Positions 16,601-28,890 of a DNA stretch of 64,000 bases are shown here, one piece after another. Where the stretch lies: NCBI RefSeq assembly GCF_009914755.1, contig NC_060931.1. The stretch is one strand, 5' to 3'. This DNA comes from the human T2T-CHM13v2.0 reference genome, Homo sapiens. The translations under genes and the position numbers were made by a program. How positions within the stretch are numbered: position 1 is the first letter of the stretch; each line of letters begins with the position of its first letter. The notes under the pieces were generated by a model, which worked only from the letters and a program-made list of their open reading frames with translations, ran no database searches and was not told the DNA's origin.

Positions 16601-17114
16601 CTTAATGGCACTTATGCTTAGAATGATAGCATTATTTTAGAGTTAGGGTTTTTGAAGTGGTCCTCAATAAATATCATCCCTCATCTCCATTTGAGATAGC
16701 AACATCTTGGGAAATAAGATGAAGAGTAAAAATATTATCTAAGATATTTTCTTTGTTAATAATGGCGTGAAAGTTGCAAAGATAGCTTAGCATGAGAGTA
16801 GACTCTGCCTGTTAACTGAAACCCAGAATAAGGCAGATGTACTCAGCTAGTTGCAGGCCATGCTGTACACAGGAGCCTCCTGTAGTTGTAGCCTCTTCTG
16901 ACGACAACTACAGCCTTGGACGTGTTGGCCTGCTTTTTAATCAGAAACCTGTCACGTGCTAAACTGAACAGGGATGACAGAGGCTTGATGGTGTTTAGGG
17001 AAAATCCTTCCTCATGGACCCCAGAGAAAAGGAATTCCTCCTAAAGACAGGATTGCAGCAATTTAATTTCATTAATTCACAAAGGACCCTCAGGAAGGCT
17101 AGTATTTAATATTC

Positions 17115-17360
17115 ATATATAGCTTAGTATAAAGAGCTATGTGCTTTTGAACTGTTGGATATTCTTAAATACTGAATACACCAATACTCTGCTTCAACTT
17201 TATAAATTGTGTGACTTTGGACAAAACATTTAACTCCTTTGAATCAACGTTTCTTTATTGGTATACAGGAGATTGGTATACAAGAGATCACAACCTCTTT
17301 TTATCTTTTTTTAAAAAGCTCAAATGAGGTAATGTGTTTGAAATATTATACACATATTAG
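17115..17360 (+). mobile_element. MIR SINE
   Basis: tgtgtgactttggacaaaacatttaactcctttgaatcaacgtttc core. Confidence 0.7.
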
Positions 17361-18671
17361 AAAATGCTCTTAGTATAATTTTTGTGTATGTGTGCACGTG
17401 TGTGTGTGTGTGTTTATTTTTAAAGCTTTTCTAGTGTGGCCTCCTGGGGTGCTTCTTCTCATTAGGATGCTTGTTTATCTGCCCTCTGCCCTCCTGCTAG
17501 TGCTGGAGGGGCCTCCTTCAGCTATTTTTAGTGGAGCCACATCACCATCTGCATGTAGCACAGGCTCTCCCACCTTTAGTATCTAGCTTTTTTTTTTTTT
17601 CCCCAAGCACAGATGAATGGCAGGTGTTACAGATCTTTTCTAACTCAATATTATGTTTCTGGTGAAAAACAGTTTTCCATCTGAAAACTTCTCCCAGACC
17701 TTGAAGGTTACTTCCTTCTATCAAAATATATCCTTTAGTTCTCTGACATGCTAGCTTATTAAATCGCTGCTCTGCTCCAGGTGCTTCAATGGGGAGCTAT
17801 ATGCAGCTTTCATTTTCTCCGTTGATATGATATGTCTTAGGCTTTAACCAAAATAAAAGCAGGAGTGTCTAAATATTTTATATATTGTGTATAGTTGCAC
17901 TATCCTCTACCGCAACCACATCAGACATTTCCTCATCATGCTTCTGTGAATGTCATAGGGAATTTTGAAATGTGATTGAGATTACTACTAGGTTAAGCCT
18001 AGCGGAGTTGTGTTTTTTCTTTTCCCCGTGAGAAATTGTCATTACAATGTAAGACTTTAACAGAAAGCTTTTGTATGTTAGCTCTCCTTGCTTATAAATT
18101 ATGGAGAGGAAACATTGAAAATGCAAGCACATGTTTAAAAATTATATTGCTTCAAGTTAAAATGCCTTCTCTTAAAATCCTAATGTTAAATTCAGTTCTA
18201 TTGTCTTGTGAGATATTTTATAAAGGTAGCCTATGAGATGGACATGTGAAATGTTTGATTTTTCCTTTAATCCTATTGAGTATCCTCTAAAGATCATCTC
18301 AATTTTGGCAAGCACGTGTTCTTCCTCCCTTTACATGGCCATTGCCAGTTTTACACCCTCTTTCATCAGTGGCTGCCCAAAACCCCTGGCCTTTTGTACC
18401 CCACAGGTATCTCTTGTCTCATGCTAGGATCGATGCCGTCATGTCATTTTGTTCTACCACTACCATCTATATCTACTCAGCAGCTAATAATGTTTTCCCC
18501 ACCTTAACTGGAGGTATGGGGTAGATTAGCTTCTCTCTGAGTGTCTCCCAGAATTCTTTAAAATGCTGTAGTAACAAAAGGAACTCTGGCCTTGGGTTTA
18601 AGAAACATCCTCCATTTATAATTGTTCTCCTGAAAGGAAACACTCTGTTGTAAGTTTTTTAGATTGGGGTT

Positions 18672-19422
<751 letters not shown>

Positions 19423-21112
19423 GGGTTGCTTGGGAGTTTTTCTGCTGGCCAATATGACTTTTCTCTGCTGAATATATGAAATATCCTCTTAATTTTAATT
19501 CTCCAAACATTTGTTTCTCTTTGGCTGATGCTGCCTGGTCCCAAAATATCATGGATTTCTGCAGAGTAAATATTAATATCATTTGGACAAATGGTTGTGT
19601 CCATTTAAAATAATTTAACCTTAACAAGAAAGGTAGAGTCATTTTTACTTCCAGGTTATATGGGTGCTGATGTGGTTTCTGAAAGTCAACAAAATTTCTT
19701 TCAACGCACTGTCCCCTAAGAACACTCTGATCACAACCATCATCCCCCTGCCCCCTCTGCCCCAACACTTCCCATTCAGCATAGCAGAAGTGGAATAATG
19801 CACTGACACAGCAGGCTGCAGCCAAGGGCACCAGCGATAACATTCAGATCAGCAGCAATGACAACAAAAACATATTTCGCCTGTCTTTTAAAAATAACAT
19901 CACAGATACACCAGAGACTTAATGTCATTGATTTTCATTGTTGTTTTCTCCCCAGCCAACTTCTCTGAAGTGGAATGTGGCAGTGAGATCTCAACTAACA
20001 ATGAGCTTCTCTTTTTATAATGCGGCCACTATTCAAGATTGTTTCTCTATTAAGTGTAAAACCATTAAGCCAAGTTTTCTGTCAGCAGTCATAGATGTCT
20101 ATGAGCATGAAAACCCAGGACTGCATGTTTGCAAAGTGGGATAGCTTCAGGTTATTCATTTTCCTCTTAGATTCAGATTATTTATTTGCCTTAAAGAAAA
20201 AAGGAAAAGGAAAAGAAGTGCTGTAATGGGGGTTATAGTGCTGTACAGGGTTGTGTGGATAAATGAGATCACAAAAAGCAAAAGGGAGACCTCAATGGGT
20301 CAGGCAGCTCTTATTATCTATATCTATGACATTCATTAAACTAAGTTCCCCAAATCTTAGATGCTTGAGTGTCTGTAAATGTCTGATTCAATTATTTTAA
20401 AACTTTAATAAAAGTTGACATTTTCAAAAATAAGTTCTGAACCAATTTTCATACCTTGGAAATCATCACATTAGCTTGAGCTGTTAGGCTAACTAGTTTG
20501 GGGGCTGATCTAAATAAGAAAGTCCTTTTCTACCATCACTGAATGATGAAGACTGTAGCTCTATTAGAGCTCTTATAAAGTCTAGCCTCTACACTGCTGC
20601 TGAGCTAAATTTGTATTAGCAGGTACTCAGTCGAGCACATGCACATTGAACTTCTTAAAATGTCAGGCAAAGCTCAAGGGTATCTTCCAGCCCATGCACT
20701 CCTGCTCATGCTGCTACACTACAGACTCCAAGCAATGTGTGTAAACTGACAGTCACTTGAAGATGAGAAAATACAATGACAATTATTTGTACTAGAGGTT
20801 CAAATTTTATTTCAAAACAGAGTAAAAACATTACTCATTGCCTCAATGTATTTAATACAATGAAATGTAAAATATTCCTGTTATCCCTGCAAAGATAAAA
20901 TAGCATCTTGCAACAGCACAGTAAGCATGTAAATAAGACTCTCCATTTCTTTGGAAGACAAAAATCTATGGAAATAAATTAAAACCTGAAAATGAAAATG
21001 TACTTTTAGCCTAAAGTTACCTCTTGGTAGGTGAGGGAGATGTTAACATTGAGAAAAATCTCATTAAAGTTTATACATGTGACATTATGGCAAGGATGTT
21101 ATATGAGCTTTC

Positions 21113-22840
21113 ATTTTTAAAAAATTATTTTTATAGATTTAGAGGGTACAAGTGCAGTTTTGTTATATGGATATATTGTGTAATGGTGAAGTCAGAGCTA
21201 CAAGAGTAACCATCACCCAAAGGTTGTACATTGTACCTATTAGGTAATCTTTAATCCTTCATATCCCGACTCTCCCACATTTCTGAGTCTCCAGTGTCTA
21301 CTATTCCATTCTCTGTGTCCATGTGTACACATTCTTTAGCTTCTACTTATAAGTGAGAATATGTGGTATTTGACTTTCTGTGTAAGAGTAATTTCACTTA
21401 GGATAGTGGCCTCCAGTTCCACTCATACTGCTGCAAAAGAGATGGTTTCATTCATTTTTATGGCTGAGTAGTATTTGATGGTATTTGTATGTGTGTTTAT
21501 CGTTTCTTTAACTAATCATCTGTTCATGGATGTTTAAGTTGATCCCATATGTTTGCTTTGGTAAATAGTGCTGAGACAAACATATGAGTGCAGATATCTT
21601 TGGTATAATGATTTGTTTTCCTCTGAGTAGATACCCAGTAGTGGGATTGCTAGATCAAATGGTAGTTCTATTTTTAGTTATTTAAGAAATCTCAATACTG
21701 TTTTCCATAGAGATTTTACTAATTTACATTTCCACCAAAAGGATGTAAGTGTTCTGTCTTATCCCCATCCTTGTCATCATTTGTTATTTTTTCACATTTT
21801 GATAATAGCCATACTGACTATTGTGAGATGGTATCTCATTGTGGTTTTGATTTGCATTTTTCTGATGATTAGTGATGTTGAGCATTTTTTATATGTTTGC
21901 TGACCATTTGTATGTTTTCTTTTGAAAGATGTCTGTTCAAATCTGTATTAGTCAGGGTTCTCTAAAGGGACAGAACTAATAGGCTATATATCTATATGTA
22001 TGTGTGGGTATATATATGTATATATATAAATATATATAAAGGGGAGTTTATTAAGGAATAGTGACTCACACAATCACAAGACGAAGTCCCACAATAGGAT
22101 GTCTACAAGCTGAGGAGCAGGGAAGCCAGTCCAAGTCCCAAAACCTCAAAAGTAGGGAAATTGACAGTGCAGTCTTCAATTTGTGGCCAAAAGCCTGAGA
22201 GCCCCTGGCAAACCACTGGTGTAAGTTCAAAAGTCCAGAAGCCAAAGAACTTGGAGTCTGATATTCAAGGGCAGGGAACATTCAGCACAGGAGAAAGATG
22301 AAGGCTGGAAGACTCAGTGAGTCAAGTCCTTCCACGTTCTTCTGCCTGCTTATTCAAGCCAAGCTGGCAGCTGCTGATTAGATGGTGCCCACCCAGATTG
22401 AGGGTGGGTCTACCTCTCCCAGTCCATGGACTCAAATGTTAATCTCCTTTGGCAACACCCTCATAGGCACACTCAGGAACAATACTTTGACATCCTTCAA
22501 TCCAATCAAGTTGACACTCCATATTAACCATCACAATATCCTTTGCACACTTTTAATGGTGTTATTTATTTTCTTCTTGTTTGGGTTCCTTGTAGATTCT
22601 GGAAATTAGTGTTATGTTGACGCATAGTTTGCAAATATTTTTCTCCCATTTTGTAGGTGGTCTGTTCACTCTGTTGATAATTTCTTTTGCTGTGCAGAAG
22701 CTTTTCAGTTTAATTAAGTCCTATTTGTCTATTTTTGTTTTAGTTGCATTTGCTTTTGAGATCTTATTCATGAATTAATTGCCTAAACCAACATCCAGAA
22801 AAGTTTTCCCAGGTTTTCCTCTAGCATTCTATAGTTTCAC
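21113..22840 (-). mobile_element. L1PB4-like 3' fragment, interrupted by MLT2A2
   Basis: Diagnostic 3' UTR (ttttatagatttagagggtacaagtgcagttttg...gtgtacacattctttagc); resumes at 22536 in register. Confidence 0.85.
21944..22535 (-). mobile_element. MLT2A2 (HERV-L) solo LTR
   Basis: tgtattagtcagggttctct...caatcaagttgacactccatattaaccatcaca with an internal (TA)n; near-TSD aaatc/atatc. Confidence 0.88.
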
Positions 22841-22894
22841 TCAACAATGATTACCACTGCCTGATATAGCATAGAGAAGTATCTAAGCATGCAC

Positions 22895-23650
22895 ATGGTG
22901 GCAGTGGCGGCAAGTTGTCTTTTATAATATCCTTTTCCTCTTTCCTAAGAAAGGAAACCACAGTTTTTCACTGGGCACAGACCACCAAGAATGAAGACTG
23001 CGTTTTCTATCCTTCTTTATACTGGGTGTGGTCATGTAAGTAGAAATTTTATATGGCGGATTCTGAGAGTGCCTCTGATCTTTATTGTTCCTTTTCTCCA
23101 TCCCATTACCTGAAACCTAATGTGATTGCTGGAACTCTGGCAGCAATGTTGCTCAACTGAGGCATGGTAGATCAGCATCTCTGTTGGGCTTGAGAATCTA
23201 CCTTACTAGCCCAGGGCTGCCTATTATGAATTCCTTTATACAAAAGAATATACGCTTCTGGCCAGGCACGGTGGATCATGCCTGTAATCCCAGCACTTTG
23301 GGAGGCCAAGGTGGGTGGATTATCTGAGGTCAGGAGTTCGAGATCAGTCTCACCAACGTGATGAAACCCCATCTCTACTAAAAATACAAAAATTAACCGG
23401 GCTTTGTGGCACATACCTATAATCTCAGATACTCGGGAGGCTGAGGCAGGAGAATTGCTTGAGTCCGGGAGGTGGAGGTTGCTGTGAGCCGAGATTGTGC
23501 CACTGCACTCTAGCCTGGCCGACAGAGCAAGACTCTATCTCAAAAACAAACAAACAAACAAAAAACAGAATATAAGCTTCTGTCTTGTCTATGGAACTAT
23601 GATTTTGGTTTTCTGTCATATTCAATTATACAAAATCCTGATTGATGTAT
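22895..23650 (+). mobile_element. Old MLT1 (MLT1J/K-like) LTR, interrupted by an Alu
   Basis: ctgggtgtggtcatgt...gtgattgctggaactctggcagcaatgttg...ttttggttttctgtcata motifs. Confidence 0.6.
23260..23566 (+). mobile_element. AluSx-like
   Basis: Full dimer with (CAAA)n tail; TSD agaatata(c/a)gcttct at 23245-23259 and 23567-23581. Confidence 0.95.
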
Positions 23651-23867
23651 ACATCTACTCATTTGAAGACAGAAATTATGTAACATTTTTACAGTCTAGT
23701 GGTGACAAATCAGAAGCTGTCAATTACTATGCTTGTCTTTTTCTTGTAATGTGTTTTGTTAGATTAATGTGAAGAGGCTTGCTACTTTTAAAATAAGTGA
23801 CATATACCTAATAGAAGAAGAAAATATTAAATGTTTAAGATTAACATTTTATACTCTCTCAAATAAG

Positions 23868-24635
23868 TTGGCACATAGTGACACCTGTGCTGATAGAATG
23901 ATCACAAAAGTAGAAAACTCTGCAGGTGAGGTATCTCCTTATATTGTAATGTTCAAGAAGTCCTTGTAAAGCAGAGCTGAATCTTGCACAAGGATTTTAT
24001 TATCAAATTAGACCTCTGAGAAAATCACATATAGTTAGTATTATCCTTTAAGTCCTCTCCCAATTCTCATAAAATTAGAATGTATATAGCTTTGGGATAC
24101 AGCCCTATTCAGATTTATGGGCACTCAAAACATTCTTCATTTGTATTTGTTGTAAAATTCCTAATTGGCAGTGAACTCCTGAGAAGAAAATTTTAAACTC
24201 TACTTTTCTACGGGCTTTACTTCTGATTTATATAATAAGCCTCTGAATCCCAATACACATTACTAGATTGTTTGTTTTGATGAAGATGAAACAAGATAGA
24301 GGACTTGCGTCTTAACCTACAGCTAGGTCTTAAAGTCGGCTTACGATGTGTTACGTCTTCAGGAAATGTCAGCTTCACTTGCTACTTATATGTTCTATAG
24401 GATTTAGTCAGACAACATCTTTCAAACACCATTGGTTAGTTTTCATACAAAATGCAAGTTTTATCAGGGTATATTTTTATTGTAAACTTTTCAAAATTAT
24501 TTTTAATTATGTGGGCATTTTTTATGTCTAACTTTATTTGCAGGGTTTTAGTATGAATAATTCACCAAATATGTTACAGATAAAGAAAGTATATTGCTAA
24601 CTATTTTTTAAATAAAATATGCTTGCACTAGTTTT
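23868..24635 (+). other. Candidate last three exons of a spliced transcript (23868-23925 or 23930; 24401-24434; 24544-~24635)
   Basis: Canonical AG/GT pairs, a 109-nt intron with ctaac branch point and ttgcag acceptor, AATAAA at 24611 followed by GT-rich sequence. No expression data. Confidence 0.35.
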
Positions 24636-25199
24636 GTATCTTGCCAGTGTTTCTAAGCTGCTGAACAAACTCAATTTGGCAAGACAGAAATGTTGCTGTA
24701 CGCTGTGGATAAAATCTCAGGCATGGACTTAAAACTTTGTTTAGACTGACTTGGAAAATAAATATGATTCTTTCATTCTTTTAAAGATTTGACAGAGGGG
24801 AGCACTGAAGAAACTTTTAATTTTAAAATAATTTTTAGTTGTATCAATATATTGTGGGAAAACAATTTTAAAAATCGCATAGTGCTGAGACAAAAAAAGC
24901 ATCAGTCTGCTTTTCCCTTCGAATCCCTAAGTGACTCTTCACAGGCAAAGATGTTCAATTCTTTGGTTGTTCCTTCTAATATTTAGTTCTATGTATGTAA
25001 ATACCATTGACTATAGCTATTTGTTGATTCATCACTTTTAGATATTATCACTTGATTTCCTATTTTGACATACTAGAATTTGGAACCATTTAGACTTCTT
25101 ATTTCCTTATCATTTCTAAATAAAAATTTGGTAAAACCCACACACATTTTTTCCTGTTACAATGTAAAGATGGTTTTCTTTGAGCAAAAATTCTCTAAT

Positions 25200-25850
25200 T
25201 ATATTTTGTTCCCCGTACTACTTTCTATATTTTGCTGGAGATGATAATCTTCTTATTTTTAATGCTTCTTTAATTATCTTTAAATAGTTAAATTTTATGC
25301 AGCCTCCAGGAAATCTGAAATTGTTTTCTATGCAGTCTAACCTCGAGATCTTTCATCAGTTGCATTTTTGTTCTGTAGAACCAGCTCCTGGAACACTTTG
25401 CCCTCTGCTACATCAGAGGGCTTTGCTTGCCAAGCTTGGTGAAGCAGTGGTATGACTTTGCTGCTATTCAGAGACTTCTATTTGACTCTTCTCTGTGTTG
25501 CATTCCTGGTTTCTTGATTCTCATGTCTTCCTCTTTACTGGTTTATTCCTGCATTTTGTTGAAGTACATGTTCTAATAGCTTCCTGAGAAATCGTGCATG
25601 GGAGGTAATTTTTTTGAAATTGTACACATTTTAAAATAGCTTTATTCTACCCTCATGTTTGATCAATTGTCCTATGGCTCTATAATTCTTTCACAGCACT
25701 TTAAAGGGAAAGTTTGTTTAATTGTCTTCTAGCACTGCCAATGTTTGCGATGAGAAATCAAGTGCTATTTTTACTTCTAATCTTTATTAGTTGCTTTGTT
25801 TTTTCTTTTCTGGAAACTTACTATCTTCTCTTTATTTTGGGGAAGTAATA
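25200..25850 (-). mobile_element. HAL1/L1ME-type fragment
   Basis: gtgcatgggaggtaatttttttgaa...tttattctaccctca resembles antisense HAL1/L1ME. Confidence 0.55.
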
Positions 25851-26544
25851 TGTCAGTATCTTCTGTTCTATGCAACTTAAAAGAATTGAGATCATATAGG
25901 TCAATTTTTATTTGTTTCTATCAAAATTACCTGCCCAAAGAGTTAGGTAAAAGAAAGAGAATGGGAGGGCTAAGGCTGTTAGTTGGAATTCACTCACTTT
26001 CTAAACTTCACATCTTTTCTAAGTAGTTAGTGATAATTCATCCTTCTCAGTTGCATTCAAAGAAGTTCCCCATCTGTCTTGTGCCATGCAAAAATCCCTG
26101 AAAAGATGAGTTGTGACCTTGACTGCTTACTAAGGTGTTCAGGGACCAAGCAGCTACTTTTATTTTGCAGTGAAGGGTTGCATACATCTACAACAGCTAA
26201 ATTTTAGTGACATTATCAAGGCAGACTGTATTCATCCTAGTTGAGATTCAGTATAGATGACAAATTTCTTACAATGGGAAAATTTATAGGCTCTATTTTA
26301 CTGTATTTTGTTTATTTTTAATTATAGTTTTTAAATTGTTGAAAGAATAGATATTAAATGCAGAAAACCTAACAAAGAGAAAATTTATTCATAATTCCAG
26401 AGATGATAAATATTCACAACTTGACATATGTTACATAGAATTTTGTTTTGTTTTTCATTTAAACAGTCTATAAGGAACATCTCCTCATATAAATAAATAT
26501 TATTGCATGTATTGTACAATATTATTTTTAAGTGCCTAGCACGT

Positions 26545-26765
26545 TTTCTTTTTAAGTTTACAAATAAAAATCATTTATATTTATAGTGTACAATATGATG
26601 TTTTGATAAATGTATACATTGTGGAATGGCTAAACCAAGCTAATTAACATGTACATTATCTTACATAATTATATTTTTGTGGGAGTGAAAACACTTAACC
26701 ATCTGTCTCAGCAATTTTCAATATGCAACACATCGTTATTAACTATAGTTACTATGTTTGTACGA
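26545..26765 (-). mobile_element. L1MA8-like 3' end
   Basis: gtgtacaatatgatgttttga...gtatacattgtggaatggctaaaccaagctaattaacat. Confidence 0.75.
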
Positions 26766-27237
26766 CATGACTTTTGATGGTTGCATAGTGTTTCATTGTA
26801 TGAACTTGTCCTAATGTATACAACCATTTTCTTAGGCCTAGAGACTTCAGGGATCTTTTCATTTGTTTTTGCCCTCCTAAATATTATGCAACCCAAAATG
26901 GCTCAAGCTTTATCAGCCTATACATCAAAATGGAGTCACAATAACATTACTTTTCAAATTATGATGTTTCATAGCCCCTTCTTGCATGATTTTAATATTT
27001 ATTAGTTTTTTTGTGGAAGGCCTTGAGGTTGTCTTATTGGTTTACAGGAATAAGCCCATGTATATTTTCTCCCTTTGAGCATCTTCTAGGAAGCCCCACC
27101 ACCATCACTGGGGAGGAGTCTTGACTCTGCTGCTAATGTTGGCACCTCCTAAGTGAATGCTGCTTCTTAGCTCCGTTTTGCAGTGTTCTCAGATCCTGCT
27201 ACCACTTGTTCTTGCAGATAAAAGAGCAGAATGTGAC

Positions 27238-27614
27238 TGATGTAGTCTGGCTTTGTGTCCCCACCCAAATCTCATCTTGAATTGTAATCTGAATTGTAAT
27301 CCCCATGTGTTAGAGGATGGACCTCGTGGGAGGTGATTGAATCATGAGGGCAGTTCCCCCATGCTGTTCTTACGATAGTGAGTGAGTTCCCATGAGATCT
27401 GATGGTTTCATAAGGGGCTCTTCCCCCTTCACTCTGCACTTCTCTCTCCTGCTGCCTTGTGAAGAAGGATGTGTTTGCCTCCCCTTCTGCCATGATTGTA
27501 AGTTTCCTGTGGTCCCCCCAGCCATGCAGAACTGTGAGTCAATTAAACCTCTTGCCTTTATAATTTACCCAGTACTGATATTTCTTTACAGTAGAGTGAA
27601 AATGGACTAATACA
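27238..27614 (+). mobile_element. THE1C/D-type solo LTR
   Basis: tgatgtagtctggctttgtgtccccacccaaatctcatcttg...aatggactaataca; no clear TSD. Confidence 0.88.
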
Positions 27615-27744
27615 TCACCTTTCCTCATTTTGAGCTAGATTTTGTTTTTTATGCTCAAAGACAGCAATGCTTATGCCCAGTCTCAATAAACATTTCCTGA
27701 AAGTAGTCCTTCAGTTTCTGGCTCTAACTCCTACTTCTTAAAGG

Positions 27745-27892
27745 TACAGGTTCTCTGTCTTCACCTCTTCAAAACTTATATATGGAGCTTTAAGAAGATT
27801 TAGATGCCCAGGTCATACTTCAGACCTATTGACGTAATCTTCCAGGTAGAACTCCAGTATGTGCATTTCAAAAGTTCATCAGGTAGTTTTGT
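27745..27892. mobile_element. MER5-like hAT-Charlie MITE (degraded)
   Basis: agatgcccaggtcatacttcagacctattga...gtatgtgcatttcaaaagttcatcaggt. Confidence 0.55.
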
Positions 27893-27896
27893 TAAA

Positions 27897-28097
27897 CGTA
27901 ATAGATTCTCTTTGTTGCCCATGCAGATCCCTTCCCTGTAGTATCCCCCTCTCTCAGCTTATCTAAATGCTGTGATTAATAGCTTACACTTGTAATCTTT
28001 TCAAGAGGATTGCCACTTTACCTAGAAATGCCAGGGAAGTTACCAACACCATACAGGTTTTACTGTAGAGCATACTCTCACTAAAACTTATGCACCC
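27897..28097 (+). mobile_element. LTR16-family fragment
   Basis: gcagatcccttcc...aatagcttacac...gaggattgcc...gggaagtta resembles LTR16. Confidence 0.5.
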
Positions 28098-28890
28098 GTC
28101 ATGTTGGTGGGACTGTAGATTAGTACAGTCATTATGAGAAACAGTATGGAGGTTTCTCAAAAAATTAAAAATAGAATTATGATCACATATGATCTAGATC
28201 TAGAAACTCTAGACCACATATGATCTAGAAATTCTACTTCTGGGTACATATCTAAAGGATATAAAATCAGTATGTCAAAGAATATTTGTACTCCCATGTT
28301 CATTGCAGTGTTATTCATAATGCCAAGATATGGAAATGACTTAAGTGCCCATCAATAGATGAATGGATAAAGGAATTGTGATATAGATATGTGTGTGTGT
28401 GTGTGTGTGAATCTTATTCAGCCATAAAAAAAGAAGAAAATTCTGTCATTTGGGATAACATGGATGAACCTGGAAGACATTACGTTAAATGAAATAAAAC
28501 GGGAATGGAAAGACAAATAGCATATGATCTCACTCATATGTAGAATCTAAAAAAGTTGATCTCGTAGAAAGAGAAAGGAAAATGGTGGTTACCAGAGGCT
28601 GGGGTAGTTGGGGGAAGATGTTGGTCAAATAATATAAAATTACAGTTATATAGTAGAAATAAGTTCAAGAGATCTATTGTACAGTATGGTGAATAAGTTA
28701 ATGATAATATGTTGTATTGTTGAAAAATGCTGAGAGTGAATGTGTATTCTTACCAGAAAAATGATAAATATGTTACCTAATGTTTATGTTAATTAGCTAG
28801 ATTTAACTGTTTCATAATGTATATGTACTTCAAAACATCCTGTTGTACATAATGAATATTGTACATAGAATTTTATTTATCAGTAAAAAA
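28098..28890 (+). mobile_element. L1MA6/7-like 3' fragment
   Basis: End of ORF2 plus 3' UTR (aataagttcaagagatctattgtacag...tacttcaaaacatc); internal (TG)n and a short local duplication at 28184-28235. Confidence 0.85.

Noticed and set aside
16796-16938. H/ACA snoRNA interpretation of the double hairpin
   Set aside because: There is no ANANNA hinge or terminal ACA on either strand; kept only as a generic hairpin.
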